Positions 1 to 12,200 of a stretch of 64,000 nucleotides of DNA are shown piece by piece. Under the pieces are notes generated by a model that did not search any database, had not been told where the DNA came from, and was given only the letters and a program-made list of their open reading frames with translations. This DNA comes from Lingula anatina (taxonomy: Eukaryota; Animalia; Brachiopoda): contig CM120649.1 of assembly GCA_051362555.1 (NCBI GenBank), positions 13,826,001 through 13,890,000 on the forward strand, in the 5' to 3' direction. The position numbers were made by a program, and so were the translations under genes. Positions within the stretch are counted from its first letter, which is position 1, and each line of letters begins with the position of its first letter.

Positions 1-946
1 GTTCTAGGCATTTGTATGGAAACGAAATTCAACTATACAAAGATTAGATTATATACTAGCACTGGTACATTTTATATACACCGCGAGACATTAGGGATAC
101 ATCCGTGCATCATTTCAACCTCTTTCGACTGCTGAAATCTTTCAAGGAGATGAAAAAAATTGAATAAGAAAGCCCTTGCAGTATTTTGTAATTAAATTGA
201 TCATAACTTGTATTAATGATGTGTTAATAACTCATGTTATTGTTTTAATGCTGAACCCTTCGAGAATAGTCAAGGCAGAAACGGAAAAATATAGAATAAA
301 GTTGAAAATACTGAAGCTTACAGGTAAGACTGAAAGATAAATATGAAAAGGAATGCACATGCCTACGAATTGCCCGATATTATTTCAACAGCATATTTAT
401 TTTTGTGTGATCAGGGGCAAATATTATGACTGACCGATTGTCATTTTTTGTTGATACATGAAACCCTCCCCCAAGATTACTGCCACACTCCTTAATGACT
501 TCTCTTATGATAATTGTTTCATATTGTCCAACTCAGCAACTGAACAATTGACAACACTTGTTAACACCAAGGAGTTATAACTCCTTGTTAACACACATAT
601 CTCGTCTCCGTTAAATGATTAAGTTTCTTCGAAACTGTGTAGGATCTATGGTTGCATGTTGGAGGTATCATATGATCGATTCTACAATGATTAGATCTGA
701 AAAGTTAGTGTCTGGTTTAGGAGTGTGAACAATGTAAATAAGATAAACCTTCAAAACAACACCTCGGCATTCAGCGTTGCCATATATCTTACCATTATTC
801 AATTTTGTAACATTTTGCACGCCGTAGGTTCTTATCCACATTAGTACTGCATGTTAAACGACGAGCGTTCCCAGTCCACATTGTATTACTTGTTATTGTT
901 AAACGACAAGCCTTTCCGGGTCCGCAGCTTGAGTGAAATGCTCTTT

Positions 947-1010
947 GTGTGTGTGTGTGTGTGGGGGGGGGGGGGGGTGGGGGGGGGGAGGGGGGGGGAG
1001 AGGGGGGGGA
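947..1010. repeat. (TG)n microsatellite followed by a poly-G tract
   Basis: Directly visible; explains the Pro-rich ORFs 795-1085 and 899-1090. Confidence 0.9.
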
Positions 1011-1084
1011 CGTCTGTCTGATGGAGATGGTGAAAAGAAAAGACTTATATAAATATCTCCATACAAAACATCCCCAGAAATGCA

Positions 1085-1180
1085 CTGCATGACGTCACGC
1101 CTAGCCCACTGCGCATGCGTGCATTTTTAATGAGTTGCTAGATTGCCATAGGAAAATGAATGAGTTCGCGATTCGTGGGT
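1085..1180. promoter_or_regulatory. Possible promoter/enhancer with CRE and NRF1-like motifs
   Basis: TGACGTCA at 1090-1097 and TGCGCATGCGT at 1110-1120 in a locally CpG-rich patch. No linked gene identified in the window. Confidence 0.3.
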
Positions 1181-2343
1181 AATTCGTGAGAATTGACAAA
1201 CTAACGGCCTGATGCCGATAGACAGCAACGCTGTGCTTTGCTTCAAGCAACTCCTGACCAAATATCGCTAGGGTTTTTAAAAAAATTCTGTTGTACACAC
1301 GTACTAAGAAGTTTGCCGTATATTGCCTAGACTACCCTCAGCAAAACGCAAATATTTTCAGTTATAGTGATTTTAGACGGTAGATTCACTCAGAAACAAA
1401 GGGAAATTAATTCGTTGCCGATAGCACCAGCTGATAGCAGTAACATACAGAGTCTGATTAAAAAAATTCATGGCAATTGAAGATTTTTTACCACTGTACA
1501 ATGGAGTCCAAAAAGAGCACTTGGCACAAATGTAAAACTGCCCAGTGCAAGGCCAAGAATTCAATCCGTATTTTCAATCATATTATCAGATTCTACATAA
1601 ATTGACTGACCATATCACTACTCAGTATTTAACTAATCTCTTAATCCAAAATTCCTATCATCATTAAATAATTATGCAAAATTCTTCTTTCAGATTGCTA
1701 TCTATTTAAATTTTTAATGCTGCAACTGTTCCAAAATAATCTTGTAGTGAAGGAAAAATGCAAATAAGAAGTGGAAGACCAATTTTACCCACAGTGTTCA
1801 ATTATTTGAATATAAAAAGAATAAGATCACGATTTAACAAATTAAAATAATCTTTCATGAAATCTTTCATGAATAACATATTAAACAAAAATGAAAGTTA
1901 TAAATCAGTGGTAGGCCTAATGGCTTATTCTGGAATATATGACCTCTGTACATCATCAGTACCTGACTTGGTACAGTATAGTTACTACTTGGATACAGAG
2001 TTAGATTTAATAATGTAACAATAAGAACAATATATATTATAATAATAAACTTCCCGCACTTATCAGACGCTTGTTACCATGAACTAACACTACTTGACAA
2101 TGGGCTGAGTACTTATCACAGAGTCTGTGTGCGATGCCATTCTTGTGCTGTGATTGGTTAGTTGAGTCACGTGAAGCCCTACTGTTGCGCCCTCGCGTAT
2201 CGCGTAAATGCTGCACATTTCTGGTCATGATATTTTATATAATATTGCCCCTCGACCCTCTCTCCTCTGCATTATATATGACCATTTTGACAAATAACGT
2301 GTGCCAGGCGCCCGTAGAAAGAAAGAACCGAGTGTTAATCTAA

Positions 2344-2544
2344 GGCTGCATTCCCACAGATCTGTATCGACCTAACTCTCTGGGGGTTCACGCTAAATTG
2401 CTGTCAGCCGAGCGCACAAGGTAGTTAATTACCCCCTTACAGCTTTAAGTAGGCGGGACAGACATTTAAGCCGGCTAAGCTAACAGTAATCTAGTGAGAC
2501 TCCCCACGGGGATAGATTGATCTTAAAGCAGTGGGAATGCAGTC
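2344..2544. mobile_element. PIF/Harbinger-like MITE
   Basis: TIRs GGCTGCATTCCCAC ... GTGGGAATGCAGTC, flanked by TAA at 2341-2343 and 2545-2547. Core 'tagttaattaccccct' is shared with 27169-27424 and ~57800-57990. Confidence 0.8.
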
Positions 2545-4104
2545 TAATATACAGGGTGCAAACGTTTACTTGGTGAAGAATACTGCATGATGTTGATTCA
2601 AGGAATAGATAGAGCGGTACGTTTATGTTGCAAAAGGAAATAACTAAGGAATAAATAAATAATGGAAATACTGGGAAATTTTTCGAGGTATATCCTATCC
2701 AAATTTTTTGACAAATTTATATTGTACAAACCCGTTATATAGTTCCAAGTTTTCTATTTTTCACTAAATTTCACTCGCAACGGTAACCAGTACCTCCAAT
2801 TACTGATTAAAGTGGAATTGTCGAAACGCCCAGGATAATATTCTGTGATTAATTTAGCTCCATAGAGCATCGAGGGCAGTTTTAATTTTAAAAAATGATA
2901 TCCACAACAGGAGATAAATTTTGTGGAAAGTTGGCGCTCCCTCCGCCAACTCTTTCCTCGAAATGTTGTAAAAGGAGCTGCGAGCATGCAAGAGATAAGA
3001 TGAATTCAACATGAGTTGTTCATTTCTAGATCCTGGACGTGTAGGTTGTTGAATGTATCCAACTTATCTTTTTCATCGACACCCTGCGTTTCAGAGACAG
3101 CTAGAAACTAACCTATCCTACCAATTAGCTATTACAGTTGTACAAGTTTATTTTTCTGTGATCAGGAATGTTTTGACATTTTGTGAGAAGTATATATCTA
3201 CTGTAGCATTTTTATCAGTATATGTATGTGTACATTGTCGGTGAATTGTGGATGTTATTTGAATCCTGGTCCTCATTCGTTTGTATTTTAGGATTTTCAG
3301 GCGCTTTTAACGAAACGACACGGGCATGTTGGTTAATATCTCAGAAGGTTAGGGTGCTTTACTACTACCTTCTCGCAGATCGATTTTCACTAGACTGATA
3401 TTTCTGTAGCTAAATTCAAGGTATGATTCTCTGCTATGGAGAAAAATGCACATGATTAATGTATAGCCCTTACACTCACTTGCGGCTATGGTAGGTTGTG
3501 GATCGGTGAAAGGGTAACTATTTTTGAGCCCAATTTGGACTCAGTCCGAGTGTGGACTGTCCTGCAGCCGGCTTGTCAGATTGTATTTTTAAAACTGAGA
3601 TCTGGAAAATTCCAATAATTAGGCAAAGATCTGCAGTAGTTTGCAAGTAAACATGGGATACCATTTACATGCTGAAAATAACACTTAATGTATAATATAA
3701 CGTTACTCTTGTGTATTTATTTTCCTTTAAATATCCGTTCATGCGCCCGACGTTCAATAGGGAGTCAAAAACATATCACCTGATAAATTAACTATGGTAG
3801 AAATGAAATAAAATTACATACCCCAATCTTTATTTCATTGTCGCGCTGTTATAAACATGCTTTCATTTCAGAGAAGACTGAAGATACAAAACAAATAGTT
3901 CCACATGCACTGACTCGCACTCTGTACCACAATACAGGTACATAAGTTTATATCCATACGCAGACTCATAGCATGTGGAATATTGCAGACTGGATTTCAT
4001 ATTCGATTTTGACCTAGACATGTTGCACTATGTGTTACACATTTAGCACCCTGAGTATGGGAGTTTACTTGAAAGTAATCCTAAATATCAGCATAAACAC
4101 TGGC

Positions 4105-4295
4105 AGTTTGATCCAACTCTGTGGGGACTCTTGCTGAGTGCAATCAGGCTAACTGAATAGCATGCCTCCTCTTGTTTCCAACGTTATCATATAATCACCA
4201 ATTTTTTTTGTATTCGACTTAACGCCAAGGGGAGGTGTGTCATTCAGTTAAGCTGATTGCACTCAGCGGTTCCCCAAAATGTTGAATTGATCCAT
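4105..4295. mobile_element. Palindromic (foldback) MITE relic
   Basis: Arm 'gctgagtgcaatcaggctaactgaat...cctcctcttg' pairs imperfectly with 'caaggggagg...attcagttaagctgattgcactcagc'. Confidence 0.6.
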
Positions 4296-4422
4296 GTAGA
4301 CCAATGGTGTCTACGAGAAAGGGGTCATAATGATGCATTTTGGTCCCACTTCCATATTATATTCTGAACATGCTGTGTGACCAGTATTACATATGAACAC
4401 AGACTCAGACTATAGTCTCTCA

Positions 4423-6617
4423 TCAGCTTCCTGATAGTAGAGTTCTCATTAACTCCTCTAGCTCCTCAATTTCTTGTTTTATCTGAGGCTCGGTTTTAAT
4501 CTTTTCTTCCTGAAGAGAAAGAAAAAAGAGTAGATATTATTTAGACCAAACAGTATAGCTGTAGGATGTGGTGGTAGCAGAAAACTGCTGTAGGAAATAT
4601 TTCTGTATTAAAAAAAAAAAAAAAAAAAAAAAGAGAAAGAAGAAGTTGAAGCTACAGTTTACCAATGTTTGTGCTATGCACATTAATGACAGAACATAAA
4701 ATCAATGTTCATCATACCCTCGAGAGAAAGTAAGTTACCTGATTGTCCTGTATTGTTTCTCCTTTGGCCTTCTTTGCCTTCAGCTGTTCAATTTGATCCA
4801 ATTTTTTGTGTAATGTTTTAAGTCTCTTCTCTGCAGGAGTCAGAGTTGAACAAGTCTGGGAGTCACTGGTGCCATCTGTGGCTTTGGTAACAGCTTGCTG
4901 ATTGGATGGTAAAGGAAGACTGTTGACAATCTTCTGGTATTCATCCTCTGGTATATCTGTCCTGGAATGGCGATTATCACGGTGGCAAAAAGTCAGAGAA
5001 ATTGCAACTTATGAAGACTCTATTGTACCTCAATGTTTTTCATGATACTACTCCTGGGCTGAGGTCCTTTTCACAACAAGGGAAATATTTTAGCAATACA
5101 ATTGATAACAGAAAACTGTGAGAGACTGACAACTTAAAACCATGGCCTTTGTGTAAGAAAGTCACCTAAATAAGGCAGCTGCATCCACACCTGACAGGAC
5201 CAATTAACTACCCTTATTTCTGGAGAAGTTGTAAAAAGTGTAACACACAGTGTGAAAAGGACAATAGTAAAACCTCAGGCCCACATCTACATATCACATC
5301 CCTTCAAATCCTCACCTTATCCCTGCTGCCAGGTCACTCAATATCCACAACTGTTCTCTCAATTTTCCAGCCTCCGCATGATCCTACCAGGACATAAAAA
5401 TATTAGTGTGTCACAAGAATGACAGTGAGATTAAAATTAAAAATAAAACTACGAAAAAACTAAGTATACAGCATATGGAAATCACAGAAAATAGCAACTT
5501 ATAAAAATATAAAATGCATCCCTTTAAAGGGCTGCAATTAAAAATATTAGCAAGGGAGTAGCAGTTCTTTTAATGATCAGTTTAACTGCTTATTTTTTTT
5601 ATACTTCAATCTCATTGTTAAGGAGTTGGGGCTGAAAAGTGGATCACTCAATTTGCATTTCAAGCTACCAGTACTGCTGATCACTACTACTGGTACAGGC
5701 CCGTAGCCAGGGGGGCTTATTAAAACGAGCTCTTTGTCCGTGTAAAAGTGGGCGTAATGCTTTGTTCTACTACCACCCTTTTTGCTGGGAAAAGGTCCAC
5801 TCTGGGTAAAATTTGATCTATGTACTTGAGGATTTTATGGTAAAAGGTCCACTTTTTCAGAAAACAAACCCCCCCTCTGAAATTGCTGGCTACGGGCCTG
5901 AGGTAATATAAAAGGAAGGCAACATTAAAACTGATCCCGCAGTGTCCAAAACCAAGTCAGCAAAATTATGTAAGTTTGTTATATTCACTGGTCATTTTCT
6001 TTCCATTTATTAATTTATTTATCCCCCTCCCTTTTTTTGGGGGGGTGGGGGGGGAGCAAAATTCTTTTACACTATAGTGCATGTAAGACCAGTACATGTA
6101 TCAGTATGGCAGTACTTGTAAGCTAAAAGATTTTTGGCTAAACTCATTACAGCATACCTTGTTTATCTTTGCTGTTTCTAGCTGTTGTTTAAGCAGAGGT
6201 ATGAGGTCTGCTGGTGTGACCCCTGGAGACGCGTCTGGAACACCTGACCCCGAGGACCCTAAAGTTTTCTTGTTGTGACGTTTCTTGTTCTTTTTCGCCG
6301 ATTTGGACTGGGGTGCATCTGTGAATTTTAATTTCAACAAAATACATTTTGATCAATAAGGTAAAGCAAACTAATAAATAAAAAGATAATCAGCCGTCAT
6401 CATGTAACAAGTGCAGGTATACACGTAAGTTGACAAGAAATTATCATTTAAAACGATCTCTTTGTCCATGTAAAAGTGGGCGTAATGCTTTGTTCTACTA
6501 CTTCATGCCTCTATTACACGGTGCGTTTCGTGGAACTAGTTCATTCTGATGTTTTCTTTTATATCAACACCTATGAGAACACAAGATAACTTTTTGTTTG
6601 ATAGTCCTACCTGCCAT
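4423..6617 (-). CDS. 181-aa Lys-rich coiled-coil protein resembling the PYM1/eIF2A C-terminus; coding exons 6617-6611, 6318-6158, 5383-5316, 4961-4739, 4509-4423
   Basis: Five exons with GT-AG borders and compatible phases: MADAPQSKSAKKNKKRHNKK...EKRLKTLHKKLDQIEQLKAKKAKGETIQDNQEEKIKTEPQIKQEIEELEEL...*. This matches the PYM/eIF2A C-terminal KKLxQIExLK...LEK pattern. No N-terminal Mago-binding motif is seen. Confidence 0.75.
5696..5900. mobile_element. Non-autonomous TIR element (CAGGCCCGTAGCC termini, hAT-like)
   Basis: CAGGCCCGTAGCCAG at 5696 and CTGGCTACGGGCCTG ending at 5900. A truncated second copy lies at 48432-48566. No clear TSD. Confidence 0.75.
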
Positions 6618-6659
6618 AATCACTACAACTTGGAAATAACTGCGTTTCGATACTAAACA

Positions 6660-7000
6660 ACAAGATAAGCCAAGCCAATTCTTTTATTCTGTTGGACAAT
6701 TTACCATCCATATTCTTATACACATAGAAAATAGATATAACGCTGTTAACATATTTATTCTACATAACCTTTGAATACATTAAAATGGTTTTTTAAAAGA
6801 AATATTTATCCACCAAAGTTGAGATATTACTGATCACTCTTCGGTTACATCGATACAGTTCTGTTTTCATTATTGCGTTAAAGCTCCGTACCACGTGAAA
6901 ATGTTTTTGTAAAGCGTTAAATTCCAGGTTTACAGGGAGAATGTGAAACTGAGAAACTGGTAGTGATAGGACAACTGTGAGCTGAACCTGCCCAAAGGTA
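6660..7000. promoter_or_regulatory. Putative bidirectional promoter and non-coding first exon of ICE1 (donor AAG|GTAAAA near 6997)
   Basis: The minus-strand gene starts at ~6617-6660. The next plus-strand host gene is ICE1, whose first coding exon begins at a splice acceptor (~23377) and so needs an upstream UTR exon. CACGTG at ~6892. Confidence 0.4.
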
Positions 7001-7252
7001 AAATATTTCCATGACCTTCGATGTACATGAGAAAGCGGTGTTCATTTACGCATCATTATTAATATTTGCTGGATATTTTTTATGTCGATGCTTCAACCTC
7101 TGAATCTGAATCTGAATAGGTAAACATCGAATTGCCTGTAAAGGGCAGACTCCTATTATATGTATTTTTTGTATTATTCTCTATTCTCTTAGTCTCATAA
7201 TATGTATTATTTGTATTGTTCTCCCTTTACTCTGTATGCGTATGATGCGTAT

Positions 7253-7522
7253 CGGTGGAGCTGAAATGCGCAACATTGCGCAATACAGCGCAACACAGCG
7301 CAATACACTGGAAAAAACGGAAGCGAGAGTGAGTAAACACCAGAAAAGACCTTTAACATTAAAACAGGTTCACATGGAAGCGAAATAATAAAAATATTTT
7401 ACCTAACTTTAGCTGTCAGTACCATCATCAGCCTTACCTATAAAAATGGTCGGGTCTTCCGCCATATTGAAGTGGAGCTATCAGCGTCCTTTGGCATTAG
7501 TTTCGAACTTACTTTGTGACTT
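7253..7522 (+). repeat. Left TIR of the MULE
   Basis: Reverse complement of 22701-22970; about 5 mismatches in the inner 262 bp, with more divergence in the outer 8 bp. Contains four 10-bp GCGCAAYACA-like repeats. Confidence 0.95.
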
Positions 7523-7679
7523 CTACATTCCATAAATATCAATGTTATTAATCTTTAAATGAGATAAATAAATTTAAATTATCCCCTTGAGCTATCTGAC
7601 TTTTTTAAAGATGTGAATAAGATGCAGCAGACTAGACTGAATTTTTATGAGATTATACATATATATATATAATCTATAT

Positions 7680-7716
<37 letters not shown>

Positions 7717-8254
7717 ATGAGACACATATCAACCTTGACTTGGAGTTTCACAGGCATAACCAGAAGGTATGCCCAATCATCAGGGGGTGTTTATTTGAGA
7801 CCTGGAGTCGGGGTTGATACATCTCTTGATTTATTTATTTATTTATTTATTTGAATTGTGCATAAATGCTCTGGACAGTTGAGCACTCTGTACCACACAC
7901 ACGCTTTAACACGGGTTTTTACATGTAATTTTTTTAAAATGATAGACAATATTAAACACTACGACCATACAACTAAAATCCTTTAGATCTCAAGATCTAA
8001 CATTTCTATTGACCATTAGGATGTAGAAGTTCTGAGAGTGTCCCAGAGATTGCAAATATCCTCATATATATTTTGTAATAATTGAATATGGTTCAATCTT
8101 TGCAGTCAAATGTTTTATTGAATAAAACTGACCGAAGGAAAGCAAGAACTTTAAAAGAAAGAAAGAAAATTGTCATGCAAAATTGTTTCACTGGCTACAG
8201 ATACAGTGACCTAGCTTAAATACGTTACAAATGCACAATTTATTTAAATTCCTC

Positions 8255-9070
8255 CAGGTTTCTGGATCTTGTTACTATAACCAAGCTTGGGTTACAGGTG
8301 TCAGAATGTCACGGACAAGTTCTATTGGTGATAACATCTCAGGTGAGCTACCTGCCATTACTTTAGAGCTGAAACTTGAATTACAATCAGGTGATTTCTA
8401 TTGGACAGAGTCTTACTAAAAACAGATTTTGCAAAAACTGCATTTGTTGAGAATAAATTAATAGTAAATTAAACACTCTACCCAATCAAGAAAATGTAAG
8501 CAAGGTTTCTTTAAAATAAGATATCAGAAAAAAAGCTTAGAACAATTAATGGACTACAAGACGAACATCGCACAAAGATTGCCATATTTTGAGTGACATG
8601 GATATAGTCACTACCAATGCCCCTTTAAGAGAATTTATCTTAGTGCACAAATGCCTGTATCTGTCTATAGTTATAATTGTACACCCTTTTTCAGGGTTTT
8701 CTTACCATAACCAAGCTTGGATTAACAGTTGTCAGAATGTCAGAGTCAAGTTCTGGACAGGTGACCCTGATAACATCTCAGGTGAGCTACCTGCCAGATG
8801 AGTTTTGGGCTGATGTTAATTGCAATCAGTTAGTGTCAATTGGACAGTGTATTCCACACATAGTGTCAGTCAGTCACACAGGAGAGTTGATTGCAATCAG
8901 GTAGTTAACTAGCAGTGATGAGCTAGCTGCCAGGTAAGTTTTGAGCTGAAACTAATTGCAATCAGTTAGTGTCAACTGGACAGTGTATTTCACACATAGT
9001 GTCAGTCAGTCACACAGGAAAGTTGATTGCAATCAAGCAATTAACTAGCAGTAATGAGCCAACTGCCAAA
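8255..9070 (+). repeat. Internal duplications upstream of the transposase gene
   Basis: ~8257-8410 resembles ~8693-8850 (taaccaagcttgg...gataacatctcaggtgagctacctgcca). A ~136-bp tandem pair follows (aattgcaatcag at 8818 and 8954). Confidence 0.8.
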
Positions 9071-9084
9071 AGTAGTTACCAGGG

Positions 9085-9091
9085 TATATAA
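9085..9091 (+). promoter_or_regulatory. Candidate TATA box of the transposase gene
   Basis: TATATAA ~130 bp upstream of the strong Kozak start CACCATGG (ATG at 9217). Confidence 0.4.
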
Positions 9092-9216
9092 GCAAAAAAA
9101 AAGCTGGCAACTGTGTTCACTGTTGTTCAGACATCTGACAAGTGTGTAGAACGTGTCATACTGACAAGTGTGTTACAGCATTTGATTCTGTATATTCACC
9201 TTAAAGGTCTGTCACC

Positions 9217-12200
9217 ATGGCATACAAGAGCAAGCGTTCCTGTAGATATCCATGCAGTTCCTGCCATCAGTCTTGCCATACTGATGTGATAGAATGCTCA
9301 GAATGCAAGAGGTGGACTCACAGGTATGAGGAAACATTGTAATTAAAACAAGGAGGAAAGCATCATTTAAAAGGCAACATGTACATTTTAAGACATTGTT
9401 TCCTGTGATCATTTTTGTTTCTCCTAGTAAAGCTTTCTTTAGTAGATACCTTATTCATCCACTGTCCTGTAAAAAAACACTTAAAGTAACATTTAGAAAT
9501 ATCTTTTTTTATAACACAAAAAATGGAAATGGTTCTAAAAGATATTTCTTTAGTAAATACCTTATTGACCCACTTTCCTCCTTAGAATTGTCTGTTTTAT
9601 AAACACAAAATGGCACAAGAATCAAAGTATATTACTTTCAAAAACATTTATGAATCAAAATTTATAAATGGAATCAAAATTTTATTAATAACAAACCACG
9701 TGTCATTGTTTTGCAATATGAAATCTATCAACAAAAATCAAATACATTAAAACCATTCTATTAAGCTGTTAAAATAATTCATTTTAAGGAATGAAATGTT
9801 CAAACTTATGATTAGTTTTTGTGATATGACTACAATTACAATCCTTTATTATCCCCAGGCTGTGTGTTCCTATGTCAGAGGAACTGTTTTCTGAATGGAG
9901 CCAAGAAGATGTGCATTTTATTTGCAAGTCCTGTGCTTTTACGAGTGATGGTGACTATGATTTTGATGGTGCATGCAGACGTCTTGTGGCAGTCTCCACT
10001 CAGGTATTTACCCAGCTCTATATTCATAGCCATGATTTTATGATATACAATTTTTATACCATATTTTGTGTCTGAATTGATGCCAGATTAGTGTCATATT
10101 GTACAAAGATGCAGGTAATTTTGGTCACCATCCCTCAACCCGATCAGATCATCGCACTCTTGCACCACCCAACCACTGTTTCAACAGATTCTCTTTATGT
10201 GTTTTAGTCATTGTCATTAACGAACTGCACAAGTATAGTGTCAGCCAAATTTCATCAAATTCCACCATTTACACAAGAACATTTTTGCTACCATGTATCA
10301 TAAATTCATTCATTGTTTCATAGGAAGCTGCAAAATCAGAGGAGCTGCTTCTTAAGACGTACAGGATTTTGCTTCCCATGAGATCAGAGCCTAGCAAATC
10401 AGCAGATGCAGACCCAGTTTCCACACAAATACTGAAGATTTTCCAACCAATTATGCTACAGACACATAGGTATGTTCACTACAAAAATAACAAATCTTAG
10501 AATCAATTTTACAAAAAATAACCACATAATTATCTTATTTTAAGGGGATAATAACTTCTAAATAAATAAAAAATGGGATAATAACTAATAAATAAATAAA
10601 AAATGAATTTTCCTGGAGTAAACAACAATTTTCCCATACTAACCAATGGTTAAAGCATTCAATTTTACATTCAAAGTAAGTCCCTTGTTTTTTTCTAAAA
10701 AGTTTGTTTTTTTATTAAAATCTCTTAAGAGATAATAACAGAGTCATCAATGGAGGTCACGTGATCTGAAGAATAGAATAGTTTATTCTCATTTACTGTA
10801 CATTTACAGTTTAGAGAGCATATATATATATATACATACATCAACCTGAAGGCTTGACCCCCTTATTCACAATACTAATGAATTTGTACAAATTATTCAG
10901 TTTTTTTCTTATTTTTGTTGAAAATATTTCATACATTTTAATTACATTCGGTCTAATACATGCTTTTTTTGGAATATATAAGTTTCGACTTTCTGCAAAA
11001 AAGGTACATCTAAAGACATAATGAAATTCATCCCCTATTTCATTTTTACACAAGTTGCATAATCTCAAATTTCTAGGTATTTTTTTCCATCTGCCCGTTT
11101 CAATTGGTAATCTATGATTTGTTGTTCTGAATCTAGCTATTGTAATTATTTTGTGTGTACATAAAGTAGAAAGTATATAATTCCTGCATTTAAACTCTGA
11201 GTTTGTGAATATACTATAGCTTAACCCTTTACTAGAGTTGTTACAATCTGAATTCCATTCTTGTACATACTGATCCTGCAATTTCTGTTTAACACAATTT
11301 ATAAGCCATTCCTTGTTACAGATTTCCCATCCACTTACATTCACATCCCTGCATAAATTTGTTATAAACGAGTTTATACAATATATATGAAAATTTACTT
11401 TGCTTACCTGTGAGCAAGTTTGTCCAGAATGATACAATTCTTCCTTTTATAATAATACTTAATGGCATTCTACATAATTCCCCATATATCATTATCTTGG
11501 GAGTGCTACTTACTTCATCTGTGGCCCAGAAATCATCATTTGTTCCTATTCGAGCATTAAAATCTCCTATTAAACAAATTTTATCGTATGTAAAGCTTAT
11601 GACAATATATTCTCTTTCAATTTCATTAAATGCATCTGATGAGCTGTAGTTAGACTTCCCAGGGGGTATATAAACAACACCTAGAATACAGTCATCATTA
11701 AAGTCTAAACATGATCCATCAATTTTGAACCATTGAATGTATTCTGAGTCAGTTTCAAGTGGTTCTATAAAACTAGCTAATTGATTTTTACACCCAAGAA
11801 CTATTCCACCTGAACGATAGTTTGAAAATGCTTTTCTATGTTTAGCAAAGAATGTAAAGTTTGGCAAATTAATATTGTCTTGTTCATCAGTTTTTGATTT
11901 TGTAAAACATACTATATCATATTTTTCAATTAGTTCTCTAAAGTCTGGGTACTGCAATCTCCTGCTTAGCCCACATACATTTAAATAAAAAAGTTTAAGA
12001 TCCTCTGTTATGTCATAGTCTAGATTAGTACTGTTACTAGTGCTGTTACCTTCTCTTGGGGGGTCATTGGGATATAACATATTTATTCTCAGATTATCAA
12101 GTTCATGTTGGATATTGGTGCCTTCATGGTTGTCCTATGTTCCATGTACCGATCCCCGTGTGGAGCGTGGGGTTTCCTGGGTTCGTTTCGCCGGTTGTTC

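Noticed and set aside
795-1090. Proline-rich ORFs
   Set aside because: Produced by a poly-G/(TG)n tract; no splice or domain support.
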